Positions 9,394 to 21,329 of a stretch of DNA of 30,756 nucleotides are shown here, piece by piece. Source of the DNA: Verrucomicrobiota bacterium (lineage in GTDB: Bacteria; Verrucomicrobiota; Verrucomicrobiia; Limisphaerales; CANJXF01). The notes beneath the pieces were generated by a model. It was not told the origin of the DNA and ran no database searches. It was given only the letters and a program-made list of their open reading frames with translations. How positions within the stretch are numbered: the first letter of the stretch is position 1; each line of letters opens with the position of its first letter. The stretch spans positions 1 to 30,756 of the forward strand of contig JBBQRQ010000061.1 in the NCBI GenBank assembly GCA_038214755.1, written 5' to 3'. The position numbers and the translations under genes were made by a program.

Positions 9394-9440
9394 GTAGCGC
9401 AGGTTTTCCAAACCTCCTGTCTCGCCGGTTTCCAACCGGC
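9394..9440. repeat. Single REP arm of the 7963-8113 family
   Basis: gtagcgcaggttttccaaacctcctgtctcgccggtttccaaccggc aligns with gtagcgcaggattgcgtcctgctgtatcgctggtttgcaaccggc. Confidence 0.75.
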
Positions 9441-9540
9441 AGAGTTTGAAACATTCCAGCATCTGTAGATTGCGGAACTGCGCTGCGAACGCTCGCGGCC
9501 CAGCAATCAAAATTACACCTTGCCAGAAGGACCTTGTCTT

Positions 9541-12500
9541 TTACGGCGCGACTCGTATGCGATAAAACTTGTTCGTCGCGTCCGATGACGTGTCGTAAAA
9601 AAATGACGAAGCACCGCTGGCAGAAATGATCGAGCTGATCGGTTGAAATGGCTCGGCAAGGTTCGTTGTTCCGAGAACCTCGTAACGAATTCCTTCCACG
9701 CTCTCCCACACGACCAGACGATTCCCATTGGCCAGTCGGGTAATCTTGAGCACAGACCCGGCGTCGAATGGATCGGTTCCAGAAATTAATTCGTTGGCGT
9801 CAGACGCGCCATCTCCATCGCTGTCGCCCGGACGCGCCACGCCCATTGTCCGCGTCTCGCTGCTGGTGAAAAAATTTGTGAAAACAATTTGGATCGTGTT
9901 CCAGCCGGGCGGCGGATTGGTCCAGTAATAATAAAGCGAACGCATTCCTGGGCCGCAGCCGGATGGAAGGAAAATAAAATTCGAGCGCGGCTGGAATACG
10001 CTGTTGAGATACAGGCTGAAAAAGTTCGAGTTGTTCGTCGTCAACGTCGAGGTGAAACAGGCTTGCACCAGGAAAACATCATTCGGGTTCAGCAAATAAA
10101 TTTGTCCGTCCGTTCCCGGATTGCTCACGCGCACAACCGCCGCGGGCGCGAGGGTGTTCACCGTTCGCGTCAACGTCGTCACGCGATTGCTGAAAACGGT
10201 TGAAGTAAGTTCTTTTAAGCGCACGGTGATGGTGGCCGTGCCGCTGCTCGGAACCGATGAGTAGGTGAAACGAAATTCCTGCGGCAGATTTGGATATGGT
10301 TGGTTGAGGGTTGCATCGGGCGTGACTGCTGTGGCGGTTGCGAAATTCGGCACGCCATTCGATCTCCCGTTTCCTTTCCACTGTCCCGTCACGGCGTCGT
10401 CGTTGGTCGCGTCGGAATCATCAAGGTTGAACTCGACACCCGTCACCGTGCTGTCGGCGCGCACCACGACCGTGTAGCTCGTGTTCGAGATGCTGTTGCC
10501 GTCCGCGCCCGGAAACGCGACAACGCCATCGGGCGGTTGCGCGTCGTAGTAAAACGTCTGGAGAAACGTGTTGAACACACTCGATTTTCCAACGCGCGGC
10601 AAAAAAGTTCTCGCGCGCACGATGTGAAAACCTTCGCGCAAACCGCTGATCGTTTCGCTCGTTTTCAAATCGTTGTGCAACCACACCGCCGCCGTCGCCG
10701 GATTGAAATTCGTGATCGCCCACTGACTCAGTCCATACCACTTCGCGTCGTCCGAATCGGAGATCGGCGCAACGCCCGTTTTATGCAGCGCGACTTTGTA
10801 ACGAATTTGCGCGCCGTTGATTTGGTTCGTCGCCGGAATAATTCCTTTCCACCAATCAATCGAACTTGCCGCCATATCTGCGCCGCCAAAAAACGCTTCG
10901 ACAATTTTCGTCGTGCCGCGCCCCACGCCGAACGAGCCTTCTGGATTGGTGCCGTCGGTCGTGAAATAAACGAAACATTTATTGATCTGAAATTGATAGC
11001 CAACTTTCACCCAGACCTCGACCGTTTGTCCGTTCGTCGGGCTGAGCGGAAAACGCTGCGTCGCCGGTCCGCCGCTCACCGTCGTTGTCGCATTCGGATC
11101 GTGATAAACGAAATCAGCCGTTTGCGTTTTGATGGCGAGTCCGCCGCCGGAACCGTTCACCACCTGATTTGTTCCACCGACGGTGTAGTGATACGTCTCC
11201 GCTCCGAGAGAAACGATGTTGTCGCGAGTCACGTCACGCGCGGCAAATTTCTCCGGGCCGTTGCGAAATTGTTGCGCCGCTTGTTCGTAACCGAGAAAAA
11301 CATCCGTGGCGTAACCTGGTCGATTATCGCGCCGATCAAAACCATTCGTCGGTCCCAGATTCATCTGGCTGTTCACGTCAACACCGCCGTCGAGTTTCAC
11401 GAGAACGTTCGATGACGAAGCGTCGTTGCGAACGAGAATGTCGAACGGCGCATTGGTCACGACCGGCACATCAATCGTGTAAATGCGATTGGTAAAATTC
11501 GTTCCTCGAATCACGTTGCCGACTTGATCCACGCTGCCGCGCATTTTGAACGGATAAACCGGATTGAAACCCGTGTCGCCGTTCACGCCATCTTGACGTT
11601 GAACAACCAGCCGCTTCGCCTCGACGCCGTTTTGTTGAAACGTGATTGCGTCCTGAAAACCAGCGCGACTCGCCTCCGCCCATTGATAGCCGTATGCCAC
11701 GTAACCGCCGCTGGGAATTTTCAGTTCGATCGCGCCGCCGCCGGGCGCAAGCGTTTGTCCGCCCACATAAATTTTTCGATTCATCGGATTCGGATCGTTG
11801 GCCGTGCTCTGCGCCTCCGACAAAATTTGCGTCGCCTGCCGCACCAAAAGTTTTGTGCAAGCACGATCTTTCCCAGGCGAGTCAGCCAGTTGCGACAACA
11901 CCGAGCCGGGTGGAAAATCGACCACCAATCCGACACCGCGAGAATTTTGCGCCGGAAAACATTCGTAAAAAGTTCCGGCGCTGAGTTGTGTCACGCCATC
12001 GTCGAAGCTGATGTCGCCGGGGTTTCCGTAATTGTCGTTCATCGCGAACAGCACAACGGTTTGATCCTGCGGCGCGGTGTTCGTGCCTTCGCGATAATCG
12101 TAACGCTCGAGGGCAACGATGTCGGCGTCGCTCCAGCGACCGCGAGTTCCGCCGCGCGCCAATTGATGATGCAGCCAGGCAACGTCCGGCATTTTGTTGT
12201 CGCCGAATTCGCCGAGATAGGGCGCGTTGGCGACTCGCGGAAAATAATCGGGCACGCTCGATTGGTTGTAGCCGTCAGAGTAAATCACCGGCAAACCTTC
12301 TCGCAAAAAGTTGTAGGCATTTTGCAATTCGCGCCGAGTGGCGTTCGCATCGTCATGGCTTTGGGAGAACAAAACACTTGGCGCGCCGCTAAACGCGCTG
12401 GGGTAAGGCCGATAGTCGCGTTGATCCAACCCTGAGAGCGAAGCGCCGGGATTTCCTAGAATGTTGTTCAACTGAAAATGGTACGGGAAATTAATCAAAC

Positions 12501-13560
12501 GCATTCCCCGGTCGAGATATTCCTGGAAGCCGGGCGGTTCTCCCAGGTGCTCGCCGAAGAGCAATGCGTCATTTCGCGTGGTTTCCGAATCCAGAGTGCT
12601 GTTGCGATTATTGTCTGGCTCGACGTAGCCGTTGCCGGTCACGTTGTTGCCATAGCCATGCACGTAATCGAACATCGTTTGGATCGCGCCGACATAACCG
12701 TTGGCCGACGCGCTGGTGTCGCCGAAAAATCCTGAGGGAACATGCTTGGCCGCATCGAAGCGAAACCCGTCGCACTTGGTTTCGTTCAGCATCCAGATGG
12801 CCGCGCGAATCAAATAAGCATTCACATCCTCGGCCACCGGCGAGCCGTTCGTCCCGTTGAACGGACGCCACGGTCCGGCGATGGCGGGCAGCGAGGGGTC
12901 CATGTAATACTCGCGATTGTTCGGCTGGCGAATCCGGGAAATTTTTGCGCGAACACTTCCCTCGGTCGGGCCAAAGTTGTTGTTGTTGGAGCCAGGCTCG
13001 TTCGCCAGATCGATCAAGCCAAAGAGCGGACGGTTTTGAACCTGAAATAAATTGTTGTAATCCGCGATGCTGTCCCAGTTGCGGTAAAATCCGTCGCTCG
13101 TTGTGCGCAAATGAAAATCCTCGGGGAAAAGTCCGGGATAAATATTGGTCGATGTGCCCGCGTTGTAGCCGGGCGTATCAAACCCTCGGTGGTTCATGAT
13201 GTTGTCGAAATAAACGCGCATCCCAAAACGATGCGCCATTTCAACCAGCCGCAATAATTCCTCCTTGCTCCCGTAGCGAGTGCGAATCGTCCCGCGTTGA
13301 TTTTTGTCTCCTAAATCAAACGGATCGAACAAATCGTATCCCACCGAAAACGCGCTACTGGCTTTGGCCGGCGGCGGCAGCCACAGACTGGTGTAACCCG
13401 CTTCGGCAATCTCCGGCATTTTTTGGATCATCTCCTCCCAGCTCACATTGAAAAGTTGGAGCATGGCCTCGCTGTGAACTTTCTGCATTCCGCTCAAAAA
13501 GATTAACGCCAACAAAACTTTCTGCGCATGACGAAAATATAATGTCCAAAAAAACTTCAT
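9541..13560 (-). CDS. Large secreted GH13 alpha-amylase family protein with accessory domains and C-terminal FYR domain
   Basis: GH13 regions VGYDLFDPFDLG, DNIMNH, GFRFDAAKH (Asp nucleophile), FGEHLG (Glu) and SQSHDD. DSDGDGASDANE Ca-binding-type motif; ends NKFYRIRVAP. Start ATG 13560 gives a signal peptide; the ORF extends to 13629. Confidence 0.92.
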   Translation of the reverse strand: MKFFWTLYFRHAQKVLLALIFLSGMQKVHSEAMLQLFNVSWEEMIQKMPEIAEAGYTSLWLPPPAKASSAFSVGYDLFDPFDLGDKNQRGTIRTRYGSKEELLRLVEMAHRFGMRVYFDNIMNHRGFDTPGYNAGTSTNIYPGLFPEDFHLRTTSDGFYRNWDSIADYNNLFQVQNRPLFGLIDLANEPGSNNNNFGPTEGSVRAKISRIRQPNNREYYMDPSLPAIAGPWRPFNGTNGSPVAEDVNAYLIRAAIWMLNETKCDGFRFDAAKHVPSGFFGDTSASANGYVGAIQTMFDYVHGYGNNVTGNGYVEPDNNRNSTLDSETTRNDALLFGEHLGEPPGFQEYLDRGMRLINFPYHFQLNNILGNPGASLSGLDQRDYRPYPSAFSGAPSVLFSQSHDDANATRRELQNAYNFLREGLPVIYSDGYNQSSVPDYFPRVANAPYLGEFGDNKMPDVAWLHHQLARGGTRGRWSDADIVALERYDYREGTNTAPQDQTVVLFAMNDNYGNPGDISFDDGVTQLSAGTFYECFPAQNSRGVGLVVDFPPGSVLSQLADSPGKDRACTKLLVRQATQILSEAQSTANDPNPMNRKIYVGGQTLAPGGGAIELKIPSGGYVAYGYQWAEASRAGFQDAITFQQNGVEAKRLVVQRQDGVNGDTGFNPVYPFKMRGSVDQVGNVIRGTNFTNRIYTIDVPVVTNAPFDILVRNDASSSNVLVKLDGGVDVNSQMNLGPTNGFDRRDNRPGYATDVFLGYEQAAQQFRNGPEKFAARDVTRDNIVSLGAETYHYTVGGTNQVVNGSGGGLAIKTQTADFVYHDPNATTTVSGGPATQRFPLSPTNGQTVEVWVKVGYQFQINKCFVYFTTDGTNPEGSFGVGRGTTKIVEAFFGGADMAASSIDWWKGIIPATNQINGAQIRYKVALHKTGVAPISDSDDAKWYGLSQWAITNFNPATAAVWLHNDLKTSETISGLREGFHIVRARTFLPRVGKSSVFNTFLQTFYYDAQPPDGVVAFPGADGNSISNTSYTVVVRADSTVTGVEFNLDDSDATNDDAVTGQWKGNGRSNGVPNFATATAVTPDATLNQPYPNLPQEFRFTYSSVPSSGTATITVRLKELTSTVFSNRVTTLTRTVNTLAPAAVVRVSNPGTDGQIYLLNPNDVFLVQACFTSTLTTNNSNFFSLYLNSVFQPRSNFIFLPSGCGPGMRSLYYYWTNPPPGWNTIQIVFTNFFTSSETRTMGVARPGDSDGDGASDANELISGTDPFDAGSVLKITRLANGNRLVVWESVEGIRYEVLGTTNLAEPFQPISSIISASGASSFFYDTSSDATNKFYRIRVAP

Positions 13561-13706
13561 CAGGATTGATTGTTTTCCGGCCTCTCCGCTGGGAAAAAAC
13601 CACAATGACAAACTTTGAACCGGAACCACGCAGTTGAGAAGAGGAAAACCACAGATGGACGCGGATGGGGTGGGATGAAAAGCGGGCGAGGCTGGATTTG
13701 GTTTCC

Positions 13707-13831
13707 TTGGACTGCGCTGGCATGACGCCGCTTTTCCTGCACGTTACGCGATGGAGGAAGTGCTCAACATGAAGTGCCTCGCTGGCTTTTCCACCGTGCA
13801 GCCAAAGCTGGGACATGTCCCCGCAGTCCAA
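13707..13831. repeat. REP-like doublet (TTGGACTGCG...CGCAGTCCAA)
   Basis: ttggactgcgctggcatgacgccgctttt and caaagctgggacatgtccccgcagtccaa are imperfect inverted ~29 bp arms, each internally palindromic. Confidence 0.75.
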
Positions 13832-13853
13832 AATCAGCGGGAACAGTGATGGA

Positions 13854-14780
13854 TCAAGGCGACTTCACTCGGAAAAATCGGTTGCTGGAGGTGAGGGAAG
13901 TTGTCACCACCCGGGTCAATGGCGCACCCGAAGAAGGAAAGTTGGTTACCGCAGTCCAGTTGGTTGCTGAAATCGAAGTGACTGATTCCGCCGTGTAGGT
14001 TTTATTGGTTTCCGCTTGGAAACTGAAACTGAACTGATTCCCCGACAAAATCAGGTTGGTCAGCACGATGTTATTTGTCGCCGGTGGAGCGGTGATGAAA
14101 TCCACCGTCAGGACAGGCGCATTGGCCGGGTCTTCTTTCGCACCAAAATGGCGCGCGGTTTTTCCGGTTGCTTCATCCTGGCTGATCAAAAGCCAGCCGA
14201 AGTTGTTTGATGAATTTGTGACCCAGAGCTTCACGTCAGCGACGAGGTTTGTGGTGGAGGAAAAAATATAAGGACCGATCGGGCCCACAGCGACTGAGGA
14301 ACTGGCGATGCCGGAAACGTCAGTTGGTCCGCTCGCTCCCGCAGTTTCCCAGGGAGTGCCGGGAGAAAGGCGGTTGTTCCACGTTACGCCCACTTCACTC
14401 CAGGTTTTTAAAACCCGGCGAAGATCGAATGTCGAACCAGGCGCATCGCCCAGACTTGGAACTTTTGTCACTTGCAATTTTAAGGTCGCGGAGATGATTT
14501 GTGATTGAAGCGGAATCGAGGAAAGATCAAATCGAAACAAAGCGCGTCGAATTTCTCCGAGGCTACTGGAGCCTAACTTACCGGAAACGACCGACGAGTC
14601 TGTTCCGAAGTTACCATCGGCGGTAAATTGACGGATTTCCGAATCGGCCACCGGCGCAAAAGTCAGCGTGACGCCCGCAACGCGAAAGGTCAGCGCCAAC
14701 GTGAAAATGATCAGCCAGCAACTGGACGGCGTAATGGATGGTTTGTTTGAGAACAATAGGTTTTTCATCCGGATGTTCAT
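13854..14780 (-). CDS. Secreted DNRLRE-domain (CBM96-like) protein with C-terminal FFR domain
   Basis: Signal peptide; PVADSEI..NFG, RRALFRFDLSSIP..IISATLKL, WSEVGVTWN, NFGWLL, PVLTVDF; ends NRFFRVKSP. Start may be ATG 14768. Confidence 0.85.
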   Translation of the reverse strand: MNIRMKNLLFSNKPSITPSSCWLIIFTLALTFRVAGVTLTFAPVADSEIRQFTADGNFGTDSSVVSGKLGSSSLGEIRRALFRFDLSSIPLQSQIISATLKLQVTKVPSLGDAPGSTFDLRRVLKTWSEVGVTWNNRLSPGTPWETAGASGPTDVSGIASSSVAVGPIGPYIFSSTTNLVADVKLWVTNSSNNFGWLLISQDEATGKTARHFGAKEDPANAPVLTVDFITAPPATNNIVLTNLILSGNQFSFSFQAETNKTYTAESVTSISATNWTAVTNFPSSGAPLTRVVTTSLTSSNRFFRVKSP

Positions 14781-14841
14781 AAATCAGTAAGAGAAACAAT
14801 TTTAACTTTTGTTCCGGGCCATTTCTCACTCGCCTGCGGAG

Positions 14842-15020
14842 ATGAATTTATCGGGCCGGCAGCGGATGAAAAGACAGCCTCATCTTGGCGATCAGGCGCC
14901 AGGCAATCGTGCCTGACGTTGATCGAGTTGTTGGTCATTATTTCCATCGTCGGCATTCTGGCGAGCATTCTTTTGCCGGCTTTGGCGAAATCCAAAGAGA
15001 GCGCACGGCCAATTTTTTAA
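14842..15020 (+). pseudogene. Frameshifted, truncated prepilin-type N-terminal methylation gene remnant
   Basis: Frame from ATG 14842/14866 reads MKRQPHLGDQAPGNRA* (TGA 14914-14916). The -1 frame continues LTLIELLVIISIVGILASILLPALAKSKESARPIF* (TAA 15018-15020). Not in the ORF track. Confidence 0.85.
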
Positions 15021-15110
15021 AAATTATCCGCAACCACTTTAGCGAGGAGGCCGCACAAAATCATCAGAGGCATTCGGTGGAAAACCATCGGAAAATTCCA
15101 TTCGGAAGCC

Positions 15111-15248
15111 CGGGTAGCATCTGCCTCCGGCGGGTGCGCGAACAATCCAACAATCCAACAATCCAACGATCCAACAATCCAACAATCCGACCGTGAAACA
15201 TCCAAATGGGGAAGTCTCTTCGCACCCGCCGGAGGCAGATGCTACCCG
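15111..15248. repeat. GTAG REP doublet (perfect 28 bp arms) enclosing an (AACAATCC)x6 array
   Basis: cgggtagcatctgcctccggcgggtgcg (15111-15138) and cgcacccgccggaggcagatgctacccg (15221-15248); octamer array at 15141-15188 with one variant unit. Confidence 0.92.
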
Positions 15249-15366
15249 TAGCGAAATTTTTTTCACGGCAACGCATTAAAATTTTGGAAAAACTTTCGCT
15301 CGGCCTTTTTCGCGCAAGAGGGCAGCCTCAACAACAATCCTGAGAAAAAAGAATCGTCTGCAAAAA

Positions 15367-16185
15367 ATGCTTAAGACTCGAATAATTCAGCGCTGGAACG
15401 TCCGCTACGCTCTGGCCTTTTTTTTGTTCATCACATTTCCACCCGCTGTTTTTTTTCTCAGTTCCTGCTCGACCGCCCATCGCACTGCGATGGTTCCGCT
15501 CGAAATTCCCGGAGCAACCTTTGTCGGAAATAAAGTCTGCGTCGATTGTCACGCGCCGATCACGCGAAAATTTCCCGGCAGTATTCACGCGCGCGTCCAT
15601 TTCGATCAGGAAAAATTACCGGGCGGAACCAGTTGCGAATCGTGTCACGGGCCAGCCAGCAAACACGTCGCGGCCGGGGGCGGACGCGGAAAATTCATCA
15701 TCAATCCCGGAAAAGATCCCGCTGCCTGTTTGCAGTGCCATCTTCAAACGCACGCCGAATTTCAGTTGCCGCATCATCATCCCGTCCTCGAAAATAAAAT
15801 GAATTGCGTGCAATGCCACGACCCGCACGGCTCCGACATTTTTAAACCTTCCGGCGGATTGGCTATGGCACGACAAAACGAAAACTGCGCCCAGTGCCAT
15901 CGCGAGCAGACCCGGCTATTTATTTTCGAGCACGAAGCGATGCGCGAAGGCTGCGTCGTTTGTCACAACCCCCACGGCTCGATCAATCGCAAAATGCTCG
16001 TCGAGAGTGATTCAAATCTTTGTCTGAAATGCCACGCGCAAGTTCAAGGCCCCGGCGTGGCGCGCGGGGAAATTTACATCGGCAAAGTTCCGCACACCGC
16101 GCTGCTGCGTCAGGGAACGTGCTGGACGGCGGGCTGCCACAGTTCCGTTCACGGCTCCAACATTGAATCCAAAATGCGGTACTGA
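15367..16185 (+). CDS. MtrA/DmsE-like multiheme (octaheme) c-type cytochrome, probable lipoprotein
   Basis: CVDCH, CESCH, CLQCH, CVQCH, CAQCH, CVVCH, CLKCH plus CWTAGCH. MtrA-family signatures CESCHGPASKH, CHDPHGS, CHNPHGS and terminal CH..VHGSN. Lipobox-like LSSC (C34). Confidence 0.92.
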   Translation: MLKTRIIQRWNVRYALAFFLFITFPPAVFFLSSCSTAHRTAMVPLEIPGATFVGNKVCVDCHAPITRKFPGSIHARVHFDQEKLPGGTSCESCHGPASKHVAAGGGRGKFIINPGKDPAACLQCHLQTHAEFQLPHHHPVLENKMNCVQCHDPHGSDIFKPSGGLAMARQNENCAQCHREQTRLFIFEHEAMREGCVVCHNPHGSINRKMLVESDSNLCLKCHAQVQGPGVARGEIYIGKVPHTALLRQGTCWTAGCHSSVHGSNIESKMRY

Positions 16186-18642
<2,457 letters not shown>

Positions 18643-18659
18643 CGGCGTTTTCATAACTC

Positions 18660-18728
18660 GTAGCCGCCGACGTGAGGAGGCGGATGTTGGCTGAAAACAC
18701 GAATCCGCCTCCTCACGTCGGCGGCTAC
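18660..18728. repeat. GTAG REP doublet, perfect 26 bp arms
   Basis: gtagccgccgacgtgaggaggcggat (18660-18685) and atccgcctcctcacgtcggcggctac (18703-18728). Confidence 0.93.
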
Positions 18729-18800
18729 CGGTGTGGCAGAACTTACGAAAACGGTTGTAGCATTGCCCGGCATTTCGCGATGGATTAAAATCTTTTTTTC

Positions 18801-21056
18801 ATGAATCGGTTTTTAAAACTTTTCTTGAGCGCATTTAGCCTCGCCGCAGTTTCGGCCGAAGCCGCCAATTTTACGGTGAACATGACCGGGTTCCAATTTG
18901 CCCCGAAAGATTTGCCGGTCAGCGTCGGCGACACGGTGACGTGGGTGAACCTGGACAACTCGTTCCACGACACCGTCAGTGGGATGAATCGCGTGCCGAG
19001 CGGGGTCTGGCGCAGCCAACTATTTGGAAACGGCGGGACGTTTTCGTTCACGTTCAATGTTTCTGCGGGCCGCTATACTTATTACTGCACGCCGCACGTT
19101 TTTAATTTTCAAATGGTTGGCTCCATCACCGTCGTCGCGCCGAACGCTGCGCCCTCGGTCACGGTTACGAATCCGCCAGAGGGCGCGACTTTTATCGCGG
19201 GTGAAAATGTCGTGGTGCGGGCCGATGCCTCCGATGACAATCGAGTGGCGCGAGTCGAATTTTTTGCGAACGGAAATCCAATCGGGACCGATTTCGCCGC
19301 GCCTTTCTCGACCGCGCTCACCAACGTTTCCGCCGGAAATTATTCCTTGATTGCGATTGCGTTTGACGACGCGGGACTATCTGCGACGTCGTTGGTCGTA
19401 AATATTTCTGCGCGCCAGCCGCCCAAAATTATTTCCCAGCCGCAGAGCCAAAATGTTGTCGCGGGCAGTGAGGTAACTTTTTCCGTGGCGGCAGACGGAA
19501 CCCCGCCTTTGAATTTCCAATGGCAATTCAACGGCACAAATATTTCTGGCGCGACCAACGACACGTTGCAATTGCGCAACGCGCAAACGAATGACGCGGG
19601 AAATTACGCGGTGCTCGTGAGCAATGATGTTGGAGTCATTCGCAGCGCGCTAGCCGCTTTGGTGATCACTCCTTTGCCGAATCTTTTTCCCATCGTCGTC
19701 CTCGCTGCGCCAACGAATGGAGCGAGGTTCCGGCTCGGTTCGACGCAAACCATTCAAGCGAACGCAACGGATCAAGACGGCACGATTGCGCGCGTCGAAT
19801 TTTTCTTGAACACAAACCTGGTCGCAACGTTGAGTAATGCGCCTTACGAAATCGCGCTGACCAATTTGACGCTGGGAAATTATTCAGCGGTCGCTCGCGC
19901 GACCGACGATGACGGCGACATCACCATTTCGGACGCCGTGAATTTCTCGGTGCTGGCGTCTCCCTCGGTGACCATCACGCAGCCGCGCGACGGCGCGAGA
20001 TTCGGCAGAGGAACAAATATTTCGATCATGGCGGGAGTGAACGCGCCCGGACTGGCGGCGACGACCGTTCAATATTTTGAAACAGTGGGAAATAATTTTG
20101 TTGCGATCAGTCCGCCGTTGGCGCACGCGCCGTATGTTTTCATTTGGGGTCCGAGTTTTGTGGGAACGCACGTCGTGCTCGCCATTGTCACCGATGAATT
20201 CGGCGGAACAAATTCCTCGGCGCCCGTGAGCATCGAAGTGTTTGAACCGGGAACAAAAAATCCCACGATTGCAATTACGAATTCTCCGCGGAATTTTTCG
20301 CGGCTGACCAACTCTCCGATTTTTATCAGCGGCACCGCGAACGATGACGTTGCATTGGAACGGGTGGAATTTCAAATCAACGGCGGGCCATTTTTTCCGG
20401 CGAGCGGAACGAAGAATTGGGTGGCGCAAATCGGATTAGGCGCTGGAACGAATGTTTTCAATTTTCGCAGCGTGGATTTTGCGGGGAATTTTTCCACGAA
20501 CGCGACCCGCACGTTAGTTTACGTCGTGACCAGCGTTTTGAGCGTGCAGGTTCGCGGTCTGGGAACGATCTCGCCCAATCTAAACGGGCGTCGATTGGAG
20601 ATTGGGAAATTTTATCAAATGATCGCGCGTCCCGGAAGCGGACAAATTTTTGCCGGTTGGGTCGGCGGCGCGACCTCGAACAAAACGGTTCTAAATTTTC
20701 AGATGAAGTCGAATTTAGTTTTGACCGCGAATTTTATTCAGAACTCATTTCCGGCGGTGAAAGGAATTTACGCGGGAACTTTTTTTGAGACGGACAACCT
20801 GCGCCCGGAAAGTTCCGGCCAATTCAATTTGAAAGTGACGGGCAGCGGAACTTTTTCGGGAAAGTTGACGATGCAAAATAAAAGTTATCCGCTCAGCGGA
20901 CAGTTGGATTATTTGGGGCGGATCAAAATGCCGGTGCTGCGCCGTCCGCTTCGACCGGTCGTGATTACGTTGAATCTGGATTTGAGCGGCGTCGCGGGAA
21001 TTACCGGAGAGGTGACCGATGGCGAGTGGATTTCGGAGTTAATCGGTGGTCGCTGA
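18801..21056 (+). CDS. Secreted type-1 (blue) copper cupredoxin fused to multiple Ig-like domains
   Basis: Signal peptide (..SAEA). Plastocyanin/amicyanin-like domain (FAPKDLPVSVGDTVTWVN, H in SFHDTVS, YYCTPHVFNFQM = C-x2-H-x5-M). About five Ig-like domains (repeated PSVTIT/ARVEFF/APY blocks, one FQWQFNG type) plus C-terminal beta domains. Confidence 0.9.
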   Translation: MNRFLKLFLSAFSLAAVSAEAANFTVNMTGFQFAPKDLPVSVGDTVTWVNLDNSFHDTVSGMNRVPSGVWRSQLFGNGGTFSFTFNVSAGRYTYYCTPHVFNFQMVGSITVVAPNAAPSVTVTNPPEGATFIAGENVVVRADASDDNRVARVEFFANGNPIGTDFAAPFSTALTNVSAGNYSLIAIAFDDAGLSATSLVVNISARQPPKIISQPQSQNVVAGSEVTFSVAADGTPPLNFQWQFNGTNISGATNDTLQLRNAQTNDAGNYAVLVSNDVGVIRSALAALVITPLPNLFPIVVLAAPTNGARFRLGSTQTIQANATDQDGTIARVEFFLNTNLVATLSNAPYEIALTNLTLGNYSAVARATDDDGDITISDAVNFSVLASPSVTITQPRDGARFGRGTNISIMAGVNAPGLAATTVQYFETVGNNFVAISPPLAHAPYVFIWGPSFVGTHVVLAIVTDEFGGTNSSAPVSIEVFEPGTKNPTIAITNSPRNFSRLTNSPIFISGTANDDVALERVEFQINGGPFFPASGTKNWVAQIGLGAGTNVFNFRSVDFAGNFSTNATRTLVYVVTSVLSVQVRGLGTISPNLNGRRLEIGKFYQMIARPGSGQIFAGWVGGATSNKTVLNFQMKSNLVLTANFIQNSFPAVKGIYAGTFFETDNLRPESSGQFNLKVTGSGTFSGKLTMQNKSYPLSGQLDYLGRIKMPVLRRPLRPVVITLNLDLSGVAGITGEVTDGEWISELIGGR

Positions 21057-21076
21057 AAAGTTCCGCGCAAACCACG

Positions 21077-21171
21077 GGAGCGCGGACAGCCTTGTCCGCG
21101 TGGAGATGGCGTGTTGAAAACGCCAGGTTTTTGTTCGGTTCGAAACGCGCGGACAATGCTGTCCGCGCTCC
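21077..21171. repeat. REP-like doublet (GGAGCGCGGACAGCCTTGTCCGCG), 24 bp arms
   Basis: Arms 21077-21100 and 21148-21171 are inverted with 1 mismatch; each arm is itself palindromic. Confidence 0.88.
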
Positions 21172-21329
21172 ACTTGTTTTGGCAACACGCCGTCGAGCCG
21201 GCTTTATATTTCTTCGCACCCGCCAGAGGCCTTGTCATTACCTCGTGCCTCGCAACCCTTGGGCTAAGTGATCCCAATCCTTTCAGGATTGAAGAAAGAC
21301 ACGCTGAGATGTGGGTAATGACAAGGCCA

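Noticed and set aside
10300..12435. Long plus-strand ORFs (371 aa and 303 aa) and other antisense ORFs in the track
   Set aside because: They are shadow frames of well-supported genes on the opposite strand and have no motifs.
13647..13680. aaccacagatggacgcggatggggtgggatg as a ~10 nt tandem repeat element
   Set aside because: Only three highly degenerate units and no second copy in the window.
15141..15188. Tandem repeats (also 16195-16293 and 23094-23277) as a CRISPR array
   Set aside because: Units are 7-8 nt with no unique spacers, and there are no cas genes in the window.
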